Source: an uncultured Candidatus Peribacteria bacterium
Lineage (GTDB): Bacteria; Patescibacteriota; Gracilibacteria; Peribacterales; Peribacteraceae
Reading direction: 5' to 3'
DNA: 25,760 nt
Assembly (NCBI GenBank): GCA_964562645.1
Contig: CAZLUF010000001.1
Location: forward strand, 12,125-37,884
Made by a program: the position numbers and the translations under genes. Below the pieces are notes generated by a model. That model saw nothing but the letters and a program-made list of their open reading frames with translations, was not told the DNA's origin and made no database searches. Of the stretch, positions 1-9,256 are shown in pieces; the stretch's first letter is position 1; the number at the start of each line of letters is the position of its first letter.

Positions 1-45
1 CTACCCTGAACACGCCTTCGCAGCAAGCAAGATGGACTTGGCAGA

Positions 46-189
46 AAGCAGTAAGCAGATAGCTGTTTCACTAATACTAAAAAGTCATCTCGCTCACGTG
101 AACAGTAGAGACAAGCTCTACTATCATCTTACTGTTCTTGCATGAGCTTTGCTGTCATCTATCATCTGTTATCTGCAAACTGTCTATCT
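46..189. repeat. Heptamer-repeat, imperfect long-hairpin intergenic element
   Basis: Tandem 7-mers GTCATCT|ATCATCT|GTTATCT at 154-174, with further copies at 84-90 and 123-129; AAGCAGT|AAGCAGA at 46-59. Complementary arms: CAGT(49-52)/ACTG(179-182), GCAGATAGC(55-63)/GTTATCTGC(168-176), GCTCA(92-96)/TGAGC(143-147), GAACAGTA(100-107)/TACTGTTC(130-137). Confidence 0.55.
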
Positions 190-262
190 AATAATTTGTT
201 TTATGGAAGCCAAAAAAATATTATATCGACAAAGATCATTGCCAATATTGATCAAATGAGAG

Positions 263-268
263 TATGAT
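263..268 (+). promoter_or_regulatory. Putative -10 element (TATGAT) for rnj
   Basis: TATGAT ends 6 nt before the GTG at 275, the same spacing seen at several other genes in the window. Confidence 0.45.
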
Positions 269-274
269 AATTGC

Positions 275-2206
275 GTGGGAAATTTCCCACAGTTTAATTC
301 CACATCTTACATGATGAACGAATCCGGAGGAGATCTATCCTCACCAACTACCCCTGTTTCGCCAGTGCCACAATCGGCACCAGCGGCACCAGGGTCTCAA
401 CCACATCGCGGTCAAAAGCGCGGTTGGTTCCGTCGCTTCCGTGGACCAGCACCAGCTGGCAGCCACGGTTCCAGACCACAGAGTAGTGGTCAAAACCCAA
501 AGCCACAGGCTGCGGCCAGCTCACCAGACACCCAGCGCAAAGCTCACCTGCGCGTCTATCCACTCGGTGGATTTGAACAAGTGGGCCGTAACTGTTTTGT
601 CATCGAAGTCGACGAAGATATCTACGTCATTGATTTAGGTCTGCAGTTCCCAGATGAAGACATGTTGGGTATCGACTACCTCATTCCCGATATCTCTAGC
701 CTGCGCGGCCGCGAATCGAAGATCAAAGCCGTACTCTTTACCCACGGTCACTTAGACCATATTGGCGCCGTGCAACACCTGCTCCCGAGCCTGCACTTTC
801 CACCCTGCTATGGCACACGCCTAACCATGGCCATGATCAAAAAGCGCCTAGACGAAGAGCAATTGACCAGTAAGGCTCGCTTGCATACGGTCGATTTCCG
901 TCAGAAGGTCCGCCTTGGAAAAGTGGAAGTAGAGTTCTTGCGTGTTACACACTCTATCCCCGACTCCGCCGCTATTGCCATCCATACCCCATACGGCACC
1001 ATTGTGCACACGGGTGACTTTAAGTTCGACATGACACCCATGAACGAACCACCGGCCGACTTCCATCGTTTGGCGGAACTAGGCGACAAGGGTGTGCTAG
1101 CCATTATTGCCGACTCCACTAACGCCACGAAACCAGGCCAGAGTAAGAGTGAGGCCGAAATTTCGCAGACGCTCTTTAATTTGATTCGCGATGCCAAAGG
1201 CCGAGTAGTCGTCTCGACCTTCAGCTCACTCATCAATCGCCTGGCGATGGTCGTTGAGCACGCCAAGACCTTTAACCGTAAGGTGTACATCGCTGGTCGC
1301 AGCATGGAAACGAACTTAGAAATCGCTCAAAATCTGGGTTACGTAAAAGCCCCACGTGGACTCATCCGTAAGGCTGGGCCAGGCATGGAAAAAATTCCCG
1401 ATCGTGAAGTACTCATTCTTACCACCGGAAGCCAAGGCGAAGAGGTCGCCGGCTTGGCTCGCATGGGGCTCGGCACTCACCGTCATATCTCCATTAAAAA
1501 AGGTGATACGGTAATTTTAAGCTCTAACCCAATTTTGGGTAACGAGCGTGCTGTTGCCAAAGTCGTCAATAACTTAAACCTGCTTGGTGCCAAAGTATTT
1601 ACCAACCAGGAACTGGCTCTGCACACCACTGGTCACGGGTTCCAGAGTGATCTGCTACTCATGCACCGCCTAGTACGAGCCAAGCACATTATTCCCGAGC
1701 ACGGTGAACCCTATATGCGATCCGCACACGCCGATTTGGCGCGCGGTATTGGCTACGTAGACAATCAGTTGCACTTACTGACTAACGGCGAAATTTTGGA
1801 GTTTGATACTCAAGGTGGTGCTAGACGCAGTAAGCAAAAGCACACCTTCCGTGATGTGATCATCGATGGTCGTAGTACTGCTGGCGAAGGCCAACGCATT
1901 ATGGATGACCGCCGTATTATGAGCACCTCGGGAATGATCTTGACCCCCTTTAAGATCTACACCGAAAGTAAGCGCCTGGTGGCCGATCCCGAAATTATTT
2001 CGCGCGGGTTCCTCTATGGAAGCGAACAAGCCGAGATCACCCGCGAAATCAGCCAAACTGCCCGTAAAGCCTACGAGGAAGAACTGGCCCGCGGCGAACA
2101 GGATCGTAAAGCCTTTAAACGCGCCATTACGGGTGCTCTCTACCGCTACTTCGACCGCAAGCTCGATCGCGAACCTATGGTCATTCCATTCATTATGGAG
2201 GTATGA
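275..2206 (+). CDS. rnj: Ribonuclease J (beta-CASP metallo-beta-lactamase) with an ~90-aa disordered N-terminal extension
   Basis: LRVYPLGGFEQVGRNCF start of the catalytic core, THGHLDHIG metal motif, HTGDFKFD, STFSS, TGSQGE, HTTGH, PEHGE, and RNase J-type C-terminus REPMVIPFIMEV. The true start could be GTG275 or ATG311/314. Confidence 0.95.
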   Translation: MGNFPQFNSTSYMMNESGGDLSSPTTPVSPVPQSAPAAPGSQPHRGQKRGWFRRFRGPAPAGSHGSRPQSSGQNPKPQAAASSPDTQRKAHLRVYPLGGFEQVGRNCFVIEVDEDIYVIDLGLQFPDEDMLGIDYLIPDISSLRGRESKIKAVLFTHGHLDHIGAVQHLLPSLHFPPCYGTRLTMAMIKKRLDEEQLTSKARLHTVDFRQKVRLGKVEVEFLRVTHSIPDSAAIAIHTPYGTIVHTGDFKFDMTPMNEPPADFHRLAELGDKGVLAIIADSTNATKPGQSKSEAEISQTLFNLIRDAKGRVVVSTFSSLINRLAMVVEHAKTFNRKVYIAGRSMETNLEIAQNLGYVKAPRGLIRKAGPGMEKIPDREVLILTTGSQGEEVAGLARMGLGTHRHISIKKGDTVILSSNPILGNERAVAKVVNNLNLLGAKVFTNQELALHTTGHGFQSDLLLMHRLVRAKHIIPEHGEPYMRSAHADLARGIGYVDNQLHLLTNGEILEFDTQGGARRSKQKHTFRDVIIDGRSTAGEGQRIMDDRRIMSTSGMILTPFKIYTESKRLVADPEIISRGFLYGSEQAEITREISQTARKAYEEELARGEQDRKAFKRAITGALYRYFDRKLDREPMVIPFIMEV

Positions 2207-2859
2207 GCGGTACACGTGCCATCCTATTTGATCTCGACGGCACACTCGTCGATTCCATCGACTGTTACGAAGATGCCCTCCGCCAAGCTCTAGCCGAGAT
2301 TGGTGTGGGGCAATTTTCGCATCAAGATTTTTTGGAGAGTTATCACCTGGGGCAACACCTGGATCACCTCCTCCAAAAGTTTGAACGAACCGATGTGGAT
2401 AAAGCAGCCGTACGGGCCCGGCGCGATACCATCTACCTGGCTCATTTGCGAGATCGCATTGCCTGGATTGCTGGCGCCAAAGAACTCTTAGAAGCCTGCC
2501 AGGATCGCTACACACTGGGCCTGATTACCGGCTCTTGGAATAGCTATGTGAACGCCATAGATGAGCGCCTACAGGTCCGAGATTACTTTGCAAGCATTGT
2601 GACCTGCGACGACATGGGCAAGTTCCAAAAACCTCACCCCCACGGAATTCTACTCGCCTGTTCTCAGTTACACATTGAGCCGCACGAAGCCGTGTACATT
2701 GGCGACCAGCAATTCGATATCGATGCTGCACGTGCCGCAGGTATGGAGGCACACGCGGTGCGTGGGCCACTATCACCACCCGATTTTGCTTCCGCTCATC
2801 ACGTTCACCAAAACCTAGCCAGCTTGCGAAGCCACCTACAAACCTTAACGAGGTTTTGA
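2203..2859 (+). CDS. HAD-superfamily (IA) phosphatase, PGPase/PpaX-like
   Basis: Motif I FDLDGTLVDS, motif II LITGS, motif III KPHP, motif IV IGDQQFDIDAARAAGM. ATGA overlap with the rnj stop. Confidence 0.93.
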   Translation: MSGTRAILFDLDGTLVDSIDCYEDALRQALAEIGVGQFSHQDFLESYHLGQHLDHLLQKFERTDVDKAAVRARRDTIYLAHLRDRIAWIAGAKELLEACQDRYTLGLITGSWNSYVNAIDERLQVRDYFASIVTCDDMGKFQKPHPHGILLACSQLHIEPHEAVYIGDQQFDIDAARAAGMEAHAVRGPLSPPDFASAHHVHQNLASLRSHLQTLTRF

Positions 2860-5800
2860 ACTGACTGGGAACTGCTTATCGACCATTTGTCCCGCATATT
2901 TGTCGGCCTCTTTCAGTAAATCAGCCTGAGTTGCACGACCAGATTCACGATCAATCTGCTCTAAAATCATCTGCATGCGGTAGTACTGCAAAACTTCGGG
3001 GTAGTTCGCAAGCGTAGAGCGACTGTCCCACATATCAACCACCGCTCGGATCATTTGCTTGGGGTACGCTTTTTCTAGAGTTTCAGATGTTTTTGTTTGC
3101 TGATCTGCTGTCATTTTGGAATAGCTACAGGCAAACACAATCAGATCCTTGTGGCGACAGAACAGGCCTTCTTTTTGCTCCAGGTATGTGAACCATTCTT
3201 GGATTTTTTCGGGCTCGTACTGTCGATCAAAAATACGCCAGCCCTCTTTGGCACCGGGCTTGGTTTTTTCGTCAGCAATAATTGCTTCTTGGTATTTGCG
3301 AAACAACCGAATCGTCTTAATGAATTCGGCGGTAATCACAGGTGCCTGTTCGGCCATGGTGCGATGCATGGGCGACTCCAATCGCCTCATTTCATCGGGC
3401 GTAAGCTGTACTCGCGCCAAAATATTCGTGGCATTGTCTCGCAGACGCTCTGGATTAATACCGCCTCGCTCGAACGACTTCTTCAGCTCATCGACATCCT
3501 TTCGTCCATCTTCTAGTAGCTTCCCTGCTTTTCCAAGCGAGACAGGCACTTCGACATCGCGCTGGGTACGGTAATCATAAATTCGGCGCACCGACAGAAT
3601 TTCCACATCTCCTTTTTTGGCCTTCCAATCGGCTTCGTACTTCGCCACATACTCATCCCGATATTTTGTACGAGCAGTATCGCGATCGCGGTACCACTGT
3701 TCAATTTTTTGAAATTTGGGCTCTAAATTTTTTGCCATTTCTGGCTGCTGCGAGACAAAATCTTGATACGAAATGGTTTTTGTAGGGGTGTAATTCACAC
3801 TGTTTACGGCTTGTTTGCCGCGCCAATAGAACTGGCGCTGCGCTCCAGACACCTGCACCGTCCATTTGCTCGAATCTCCGCCATAGCACGAAAATTGAAA
3901 TAGCCGCATGTCCCCTGTTTGAGATTGACTCTGCAATACCGCAAAGTCTGATGAAGGACTAATTACCTGATGCACAAAATCTCTCACATAATCGACCCGG
4001 CGACTACCATCCATCAGCAACTCACCCGGCAGATCGCCCTGAACAAAGAGCGTACAGGATCCTAATTTAGTAAAACGCTCTACAGCTTTCTGCACTTCCC
4101 ACACCGGGTTAGCAGCAGCCTTTGCTTTTAAGAGTACATCCGTCAGTTTTTCGCGAATCACACGCAGGTGCGCACTTGTAACAATTTCGCGGCTGGTAGC
4201 CAGTTGCTGCAGGCTATCATAGACGTCTTTCATGAGCGGCTCCGGCACTTGTTTAGCCGTGTTATGCACTTGCATCATCAGCTGGAAGAGCTCATCACGA
4301 ATGGTGATATTAGGCACATTGAGCGACTGTGCTCCTTTAAAAATGTTGATCCCTGGACCTTTCCATTCTTTGTAGAGCGCTTCAAAATCATTTCCTAAAC
4401 TTTCTACTAAGCCAATCTTTTCCTCAGTCCTTACTGCTTTAGCCAGCTCGGCAGCATACTGTTCGGGCTTCATGTCTGGGTAACTCGAGCGTGCTACCGC
4501 CCGATTACGACGCATGGCTTCGGCTACGCTCTGCACTAAACCAGACTGCACATACTCGGTGGTAGTGACATAGTCATCGCGACCGTAGCGAGCCAAGTCA
4601 CCCAGCCAGGTGTCCCGCTTATACACACCTAAGTGGTTATAAAGACCAACATCTTTCGCGACATCCTGTAGCAGTTCGCGGTACTGCACGCACTGCAGGT
4701 AAAACGGGTCTTTCGCTTTATCGGCACCACCAGCCTTCGATACCTGCTCATCAATGTATTGTTGCAGTTTTTGCAGCCCTGGAGCCGACTTACCTGTACT
4801 CAGCGCATAACGAACCTCTTTATCATTCCGGAGCTTGTTACCATCGCGCGTGGCCAACTCCAGACCACCTAATGTTTCCGATGGACCCAATTTACCGAGT
4901 TTACGGAGTTCGCTTTCCAGCTTTCCCTCCTGATCTGCCAACGAAGCTGTATGGATATGCAAATACACCGACTGCCGCTGTGACCATTCTTGAAGGTTAT
5001 CAATCCGGCGTAGTTTCCAGAGCTCGATTGTCATGGGGCTCTCGCGACCTTTGGCATCGGCTGTTACTTGATCCACGCGCTTGTTCCAATCATCGAGTGT
5101 GTGGTAGTAATCGCCCGTAAACATATCTCCAGGCGAAGCCAGGTTACCCGGGCGTGTCATGTACGAACGAAAATCACGATCGGGGTCCACCTTAGAAACC
5201 CCCGTTACTTCAGCCAATTCTTCCAAACCACCAATGGCGAAATCTCCCGAAACTGTGGCAAACAAATTGCCGACAAAGTCTTTCGTCGCCGATTCGGGGA
5301 TCAGTTTATCGGCCCAGGTACTGAGTTTTTCGAGCTGATCTGCCGAAGCGAACGCCACCACCAAACCAATGGCGAATAGGGCATAGGGATTTTTGGGCGC
5401 TACGCGCAGTAGCCCCATGGCGCGCATGGCATTACCAGCTGAGAGAGCCAAGCGCGTCGTGGCCTTACCAAGCATAAGGAACGAGGCAAATTGCATGGTG
5501 GCTTTTACTTTGTTTGGCGACTCGTGCAAATACATACCCCACAACAACACCGTCACTGGGCTTTCGACTACGAGCAGTTCGGACCAAAAGCCTTTAGGCA
5601 TGGGCATGCGGCCTAAAAAGCTAAACATTTTGCCAAGTGTCTCCACTGGAACGCCTACCTTGCCCATTTGGGCGCACACGGTTTCCCAGGCTTTGAGCGT
5701 TATTGCACGAGTAGCCGCTGGCACATCGCGCAGAATGGGAATTTTCTGCAGTGTTTTTTCATTGAGTGCACGCCAGCCAATACTATTTTCTAAAAATTCT

Positions 5801-6846
5801 TCGGCGGCCTCATTAACTGCCACACCCATGTAGAGTAGCCATTTATCGTTGTCGGCTTTGGGCTGCTGTAGAATCCGACGCTCATACAAATCGCGATTAA
5901 TAAGGAAGTCTGTGACACCCTCCACCTGCGCCTTACCATCGCTACCCGAAAGATTCCGTCGCAAGGCCAATATCACGCGGGTGGAAACAATACTTCGACG
6001 CTCCTGCAGTTGCTTATGCAGAGCTAAGACATTTGGATCAGTACGCATTTTTGGATCTCTGGCTTGCTCTGGCGGTGCAATGGGTCGCGCAAGTGAAAGA
6101 GCAAAAGCTGATAGTTCTTCCTCGGGGCAATCTGGTGGAAAACCCATTGCTTTCAAAAAGATCTCGCGCGAAGCTTTTTGGCACTGCTCTTCGTACTTCT
6201 GCTTACGCCCAGCAAAGGTTCGCACGGCCTCCCCTACTTTGGCATCCAAAGCAGGTGGGGGCACATCGAGTGCTGCCGCTAATTGCAGGCGCAACGCGGC
6301 GGCGGCGGCTACAAGATCCTGACACTCTTTGGCGAGTGCCTGTGGCGCACCTACTGGAGGTTCCAGTAGCGGAGCATCTTCCTGCAAAGAACGTATGGTA
6401 ATTTGTAGTTCTGGGGTATTAGCACCAGAAAATTTCGCCATGCTCTGGACGTTTTCATCCAGCACTCCAGCATACACTTTTTGATACGCAATAATTGCCT
6501 TGGTAAGCGGCAGTTCCATAACCAAAGCCAGTTTTTGCTTGGCAGTATCGCCAGTTTGCCCCTCGAGCATAGCCAGCAAACCCGAGATCTGGTCAAAATA
6601 CATCGTAAGTTGTTCTGGATCTGTGGCGCCAGCTTTTTTTAACTCTGCCTCGGCTGCATCCAGCTGACGCCGTTGAGCATCTGTACGTATTAATGGGTCG
6701 CGAGTTTCGCGCCAAGCCAAAAAATCGTGCACAAACCGCAAATCACTAGCCTGTACTTCTGCAACTCGGCCAAGTGAATCATGCAAACGTAAGCGCTGAG
6801 CTCGTTGCGTATCGGTTCCGGCCGATGACGAGCTCGGTTTGTCCAT
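2845..6846 (-). CDS. Very large hypothetical alpha-helical protein (1333 aa) with a central hydrophobic helix cluster
   Basis: 4 kb uninterrupted ORF. Ser-rich N-terminus MDKPSSSSAG; hydrophobic segments at about aa 404-545; no recognisable family motif. The 3' end overlaps the HAD gene by 15 bp convergently. Confidence 0.88.
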   Translation of the reverse strand: MDKPSSSSAGTDTQRAQRLRLHDSLGRVAEVQASDLRFVHDFLAWRETRDPLIRTDAQRRQLDAAEAELKKAGATDPEQLTMYFDQISGLLAMLEGQTGDTAKQKLALVMELPLTKAIIAYQKVYAGVLDENVQSMAKFSGANTPELQITIRSLQEDAPLLEPPVGAPQALAKECQDLVAAAAALRLQLAAALDVPPPALDAKVGEAVRTFAGRKQKYEEQCQKASREIFLKAMGFPPDCPEEELSAFALSLARPIAPPEQARDPKMRTDPNVLALHKQLQERRSIVSTRVILALRRNLSGSDGKAQVEGVTDFLINRDLYERRILQQPKADNDKWLLYMGVAVNEAAEEFLENSIGWRALNEKTLQKIPILRDVPAATRAITLKAWETVCAQMGKVGVPVETLGKMFSFLGRMPMPKGFWSELLVVESPVTVLLWGMYLHESPNKVKATMQFASFLMLGKATTRLALSAGNAMRAMGLLRVAPKNPYALFAIGLVVAFASADQLEKLSTWADKLIPESATKDFVGNLFATVSGDFAIGGLEELAEVTGVSKVDPDRDFRSYMTRPGNLASPGDMFTGDYYHTLDDWNKRVDQVTADAKGRESPMTIELWKLRRIDNLQEWSQRQSVYLHIHTASLADQEGKLESELRKLGKLGPSETLGGLELATRDGNKLRNDKEVRYALSTGKSAPGLQKLQQYIDEQVSKAGGADKAKDPFYLQCVQYRELLQDVAKDVGLYNHLGVYKRDTWLGDLARYGRDDYVTTTEYVQSGLVQSVAEAMRRNRAVARSSYPDMKPEQYAAELAKAVRTEEKIGLVESLGNDFEALYKEWKGPGINIFKGAQSLNVPNITIRDELFQLMMQVHNTAKQVPEPLMKDVYDSLQQLATSREIVTSAHLRVIREKLTDVLLKAKAAANPVWEVQKAVERFTKLGSCTLFVQGDLPGELLMDGSRRVDYVRDFVHQVISPSSDFAVLQSQSQTGDMRLFQFSCYGGDSSKWTVQVSGAQRQFYWRGKQAVNSVNYTPTKTISYQDFVSQQPEMAKNLEPKFQKIEQWYRDRDTARTKYRDEYVAKYEADWKAKKGDVEILSVRRIYDYRTQRDVEVPVSLGKAGKLLEDGRKDVDELKKSFERGGINPERLRDNATNILARVQLTPDEMRRLESPMHRTMAEQAPVITAEFIKTIRLFRKYQEAIIADEKTKPGAKEGWRIFDRQYEPEKIQEWFTYLEQKEGLFCRHKDLIVFACSYSKMTADQQTKTSETLEKAYPKQMIRAVVDMWDSRSTLANYPEVLQYYRMQMILEQIDRESGRATQADLLKEADKYAGQMVDKQFPVSSKPR

Positions 6847-6858
6847 TGTGATTAGTAT

Positions 6859-9225
6859 TTATTTTTTGATACGTGGATGAGTACCAGCCTTGAGAGCGGC
6901 GTCGACATCGGCTTTGACATCGGTTGCAGATCGACCATCGACTTTAATATCGAGCTTGGCAGCTAAATCAGCAATCGCGCGGGCATCCATTTTGCCAGTG
7001 TCTATACGTGACACATCAATGAGTACTTCGGCTGCCACCGTAGGCCGAGTTGGTTGCCGAACAGTTGCCTTAGTCCCTGCTTCGGGAGCAGCACGCAAAT
7101 GAGCCACGGCGGCTTGAGCGTCGGCTTCTGAATAACCCACAGAGCGCAAAGCACCCTCGATAGCATTGGCATCGTTATCCACCATAGGTGCGAGCGTATC
7201 GGCAAAACGCCTACCCTCACGAGGCCCAAAGCGCCCCTTGAGCGCCCCTGCCAAATCATTGAGTTCGGCCGGCTTAAGAAAGGCATTGTGGATAGCTCGG
7301 GCTTCTTGGCGAATCAAATACTTATCACGGGCTTTTTGTGTGACCGATGCACTCAGTGATGGCGTGTAGCCAAAGCGATGGTTTTGGATAATATCGTATT
7401 CCGCCAGTAGCTTTGTCACCTCACCTTGTGAGACGCGTAACTGTTCCACCGAAACACCGTGTTGTTTGGCCAGTGCATCGATTTCGGCCCCGTTCATAGT
7501 GGCAAACTTAGCCAAATCGCGCATTTGCAAATTAGCCCGAAAGCGCACCGCCGAAGCCACCCCCTTTGTAACTTTGGTTAAGGCCCACAGAGCCGTAGGG
7601 GCAAAAATAATGAGAAGTTCTGGATTTTTGGAAAACACCTTGTAGAACTTGTCCCACCACTTTTCAATTTGTGCGACACCTTCGTCTCGTAGGTACTCAC
7701 TGGCATTGCTCACCTCCGTTTTCTGGCGCTCAGAGAGCTTAAATTCATCGAGTGTCATGCTTAAATCTGCACTCGTCACGGCTTTTTTGGCCAGTTCGCT
7801 ATATTTAGAAATTAGGTGTGCCTCTAGTGAATTGGCGAGTTTCGTCTCACCATTTTTCACCAAGAAATCGTGGAGTTTGAGCGGTTGCAAAATCGTTGAA
7901 CGATCACCCTGTTCCAAGAGCATATAGAGCTCAAAGGCTGGATGGAACTTGGCTTCGCCGCGATCTAACAATTTGGTAAGCGTAGTATCCAGCTCGCGAT
8001 AGAGCTCGGCATCTGCTCCATCTGACTTCAAAAAACTGGCCTGGAGCAAGCGTGCGCGGTAGGAAGTGGCGTTCTTTTGAATATCTCCTGCAACACCAGT
8101 CACCATAGCTTGCACACCACGATTTTGACCATCAATGAACCCCGTTGTGCCACGCACAGGCGTGGCCTTAGCAATAGAACCACGAGAGAATGCCACGGTT
8201 GCTGCCGCGTCCTCGCGAGCTTGATCGCGTTGCTGTTTCGTAGTCGAAGGCACAAATTTCGCCAGTGTAACCTGAGCGGCTTGCGGCGAAAACATAGCTC
8301 CGGTTTGGTCCATTTTTTCAATGACTTTTGCTAAATCTGGCGTGTGTCCGCTACGGAATGCCACGCTAATTTGCACGGCAATTTCCTGCAGAGCTACACC
8401 TGCACCCACATCTCCTAAATACAGGAGCGCCTGATCGATCGGCAGAGTATCGAGTGTAGGATATTCCGAGACGCGCAGTGCCTCTGGCAGTTTTGGCCAA
8501 TTTTTGGCGGCATAGCCAGCCAGCAGTTTTACGGCGGCAATATTTTCCGGCGTATGCTCTCTGTCGGGCAGCCCAGCCTGACGCAGAAATATCACATGTG
8601 CTTCGTCTTTTTTTGGATCCGCCTGTATAGCTTCGACAATTTTTTGCAAGGAATCGGCTTTGAGTTTTTGGCGCATGGCCGAAAACAAAATCACTGAAAC
8701 GGGCGCAGCAATATCTTTGGGTTTGCCGCTTAAGCCTACCGTTCGTGCAACATCGTACTGCATTGGCAAAAGACGATCTGTTAACTGCTCGGCAGCCAGT
8801 TCCTCTGGGCTTAACTCTAAATATGGTGCCAGTTTAGGCGTAATAACATTTTCAATTTTGTCGTGCACAACACGCAGGTACTGCTGGCGTGTTTGCAGAT
8901 ACTTCGCCAAATGACGTAGGGCTGTTTTTTGACGTGTTTCGCTGAGATCTTTTGGATCTAATTTTACCACCGCATCGAGAATGGCAGAGACATTTAGCCA
9001 TTGTGCATGCAGATCTTTCTGCAGCGCCAAGTGCAAGGGGTTCTTGCCTGGTGCGGCATTATCAGCAGGAGCTTCTGGTGGCTTTGCCACCGCCTCCAGT
9101 GCCCGGCGCCACTCGGTAGGATCTTCGGCCGGTAATAACTTTTGACGCACACTATCTGCCTGTTTGAGATATTCAGGTTCAGCAGCTGGTGCTTCAGGGG
9201 TTTCAGATGGACGCTCTGGTGACAT
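6859..9225 (-). CDS. Large hypothetical helical protein (~788 aa) with one TM-like segment
   Basis: The ORF track starts at TTG 9243; the in-frame ATG at 9225 (MSPERPSETPEAP) is more plausible and matches the PERPS start of the 882-aa ORF. TM-like KNPELLIIFAPTALWALTKV at about 7564-7629. Confidence 0.88.
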   Translation of the reverse strand: MSPERPSETPEAPAAEPEYLKQADSVRQKLLPAEDPTEWRRALEAVAKPPEAPADNAAPGKNPLHLALQKDLHAQWLNVSAILDAVVKLDPKDLSETRQKTALRHLAKYLQTRQQYLRVVHDKIENVITPKLAPYLELSPEELAAEQLTDRLLPMQYDVARTVGLSGKPKDIAAPVSVILFSAMRQKLKADSLQKIVEAIQADPKKDEAHVIFLRQAGLPDREHTPENIAAVKLLAGYAAKNWPKLPEALRVSEYPTLDTLPIDQALLYLGDVGAGVALQEIAVQISVAFRSGHTPDLAKVIEKMDQTGAMFSPQAAQVTLAKFVPSTTKQQRDQAREDAAATVAFSRGSIAKATPVRGTTGFIDGQNRGVQAMVTGVAGDIQKNATSYRARLLQASFLKSDGADAELYRELDTTLTKLLDRGEAKFHPAFELYMLLEQGDRSTILQPLKLHDFLVKNGETKLANSLEAHLISKYSELAKKAVTSADLSMTLDEFKLSERQKTEVSNASEYLRDEGVAQIEKWWDKFYKVFSKNPELLIIFAPTALWALTKVTKGVASAVRFRANLQMRDLAKFATMNGAEIDALAKQHGVSVEQLRVSQGEVTKLLAEYDIIQNHRFGYTPSLSASVTQKARDKYLIRQEARAIHNAFLKPAELNDLAGALKGRFGPREGRRFADTLAPMVDNDANAIEGALRSVGYSEADAQAAVAHLRAAPEAGTKATVRQPTRPTVAAEVLIDVSRIDTGKMDARAIADLAAKLDIKVDGRSATDVKADVDAALKAGTHPRIKK

Positions 9226-9256
9226 AGATTTGTGTGTGTACAAAACAAAACGCCCA

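Noticed and set aside
2-145. Open frame from the window edge (YPEHAFAASK...TVLA*)
   Set aside because: Only 47 codons, no motif, and overlaps the repeat/hairpin element; cannot be called as a gene end.
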